From Sphyrna mokarran (lineage: Eukaryota): DNA of 64,000 bases. The DNA is taken from assembly GCA_024679065.1 (NCBI GenBank), contig JAGIQG010000011.1, positions 41,540,001 through 41,604,000 of the forward strand, in the 5' to 3' direction. The stretch's first letter is position 1. Every line of letters starts with the position of its first letter. Shown piece after piece: positions 63,720 through 64,000 of this stretch. The translations under genes and the position numbers were made by a program. Below the pieces are notes generated by a model. It saw only the letters and a list, made by a program, of their open reading frames with translations, had not been told where the DNA came from and did not search any database.

Positions 63720-64000
63720 TAGAATAGGCAACTGTCCAGTGTCGTCTTTTCAATATTGTGAAGATGTAGAGAGAAAGAAGTTGTTGCCGGGTGCTCCTTT
63801 CAGCTGCAGAAAACTCTTATTTTCAAAACTGAAAAATAAAAATTATGTTGTAGACAAAAATTTGGGTACAGAAAAGAATTGGCTGATTGAGAACAGCAGG
63901 TAGTGTGCAATGCTACATTTGAAAGGGATACCAGTGATTGAGGTGCCCCAGGGTTCAATTGCTAATTTACATCAAAATCATGAATATAACAGCAATTATT
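63720..64000 (+). mobile_element. Possible decayed CR1-type RT fragment
   Basis: AATTGGCT...CAGCAGG (NWL..R.Q-like) and GAGGTGCCCCAGGGTTCA (VPQGS). Confidence 0.35.

Noticed and set aside
53879-64000. Next lnpk coding exon (human KPSTVEVLE-like) and the short ORFs in this region
   Set aside because: The exon was not found by eye and probably lies beyond the window; the ORFs are TE debris or chance.
1-64000. CRISPR arrays, operons, tRNA/rRNA genes or prokaryotic defence systems
   Set aside because: This is vertebrate intron-containing DNA. No spaced direct-repeat array was seen, and the tRNA-like pieces are SINE heads.

Overview
This is eukaryotic DNA: the posterior (5') half of a vertebrate HoxD cluster plus its flank. 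It is very probably from a shark or ray, because it has an intact three-exon HoxD14 and HE1-like SINE, CR1 and Penelope repeats. On the minus strand lie HoxD10, HoxD11, HoxD12, HoxD13 and HoxD14. On the plus strand lie Evx2 and the promoter and first two exons of Lunapark (lnpk), followed by a transposon-filled lnpk intron. I spliced all six homeobox genes by hand; each has GT-AG junctions and an open reading frame. No unknown protein-coding gene was found. The best candidates for something undescribed are regulatory: (1) a recurring TCAAGGTCA/DR0 nuclear-receptor motif (NR6A1/NR5A type) across the posterior genes; (2) a HoxD10 overlapping uORF that looks like the HOXA10 N-terminal extension shifted by 1 nt; (3) a compact module between D12 and D13 with divergent CTCF-like motifs, DR0 sites and a CRE; (4) a sharp CpG and transposon boundary just inside lnpk, with transposon remnants entering the cluster only between D13 and D14. 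Repeat families and motifs were recognised by eye and from memory, not by database search, and repeat boundaries are approximate.
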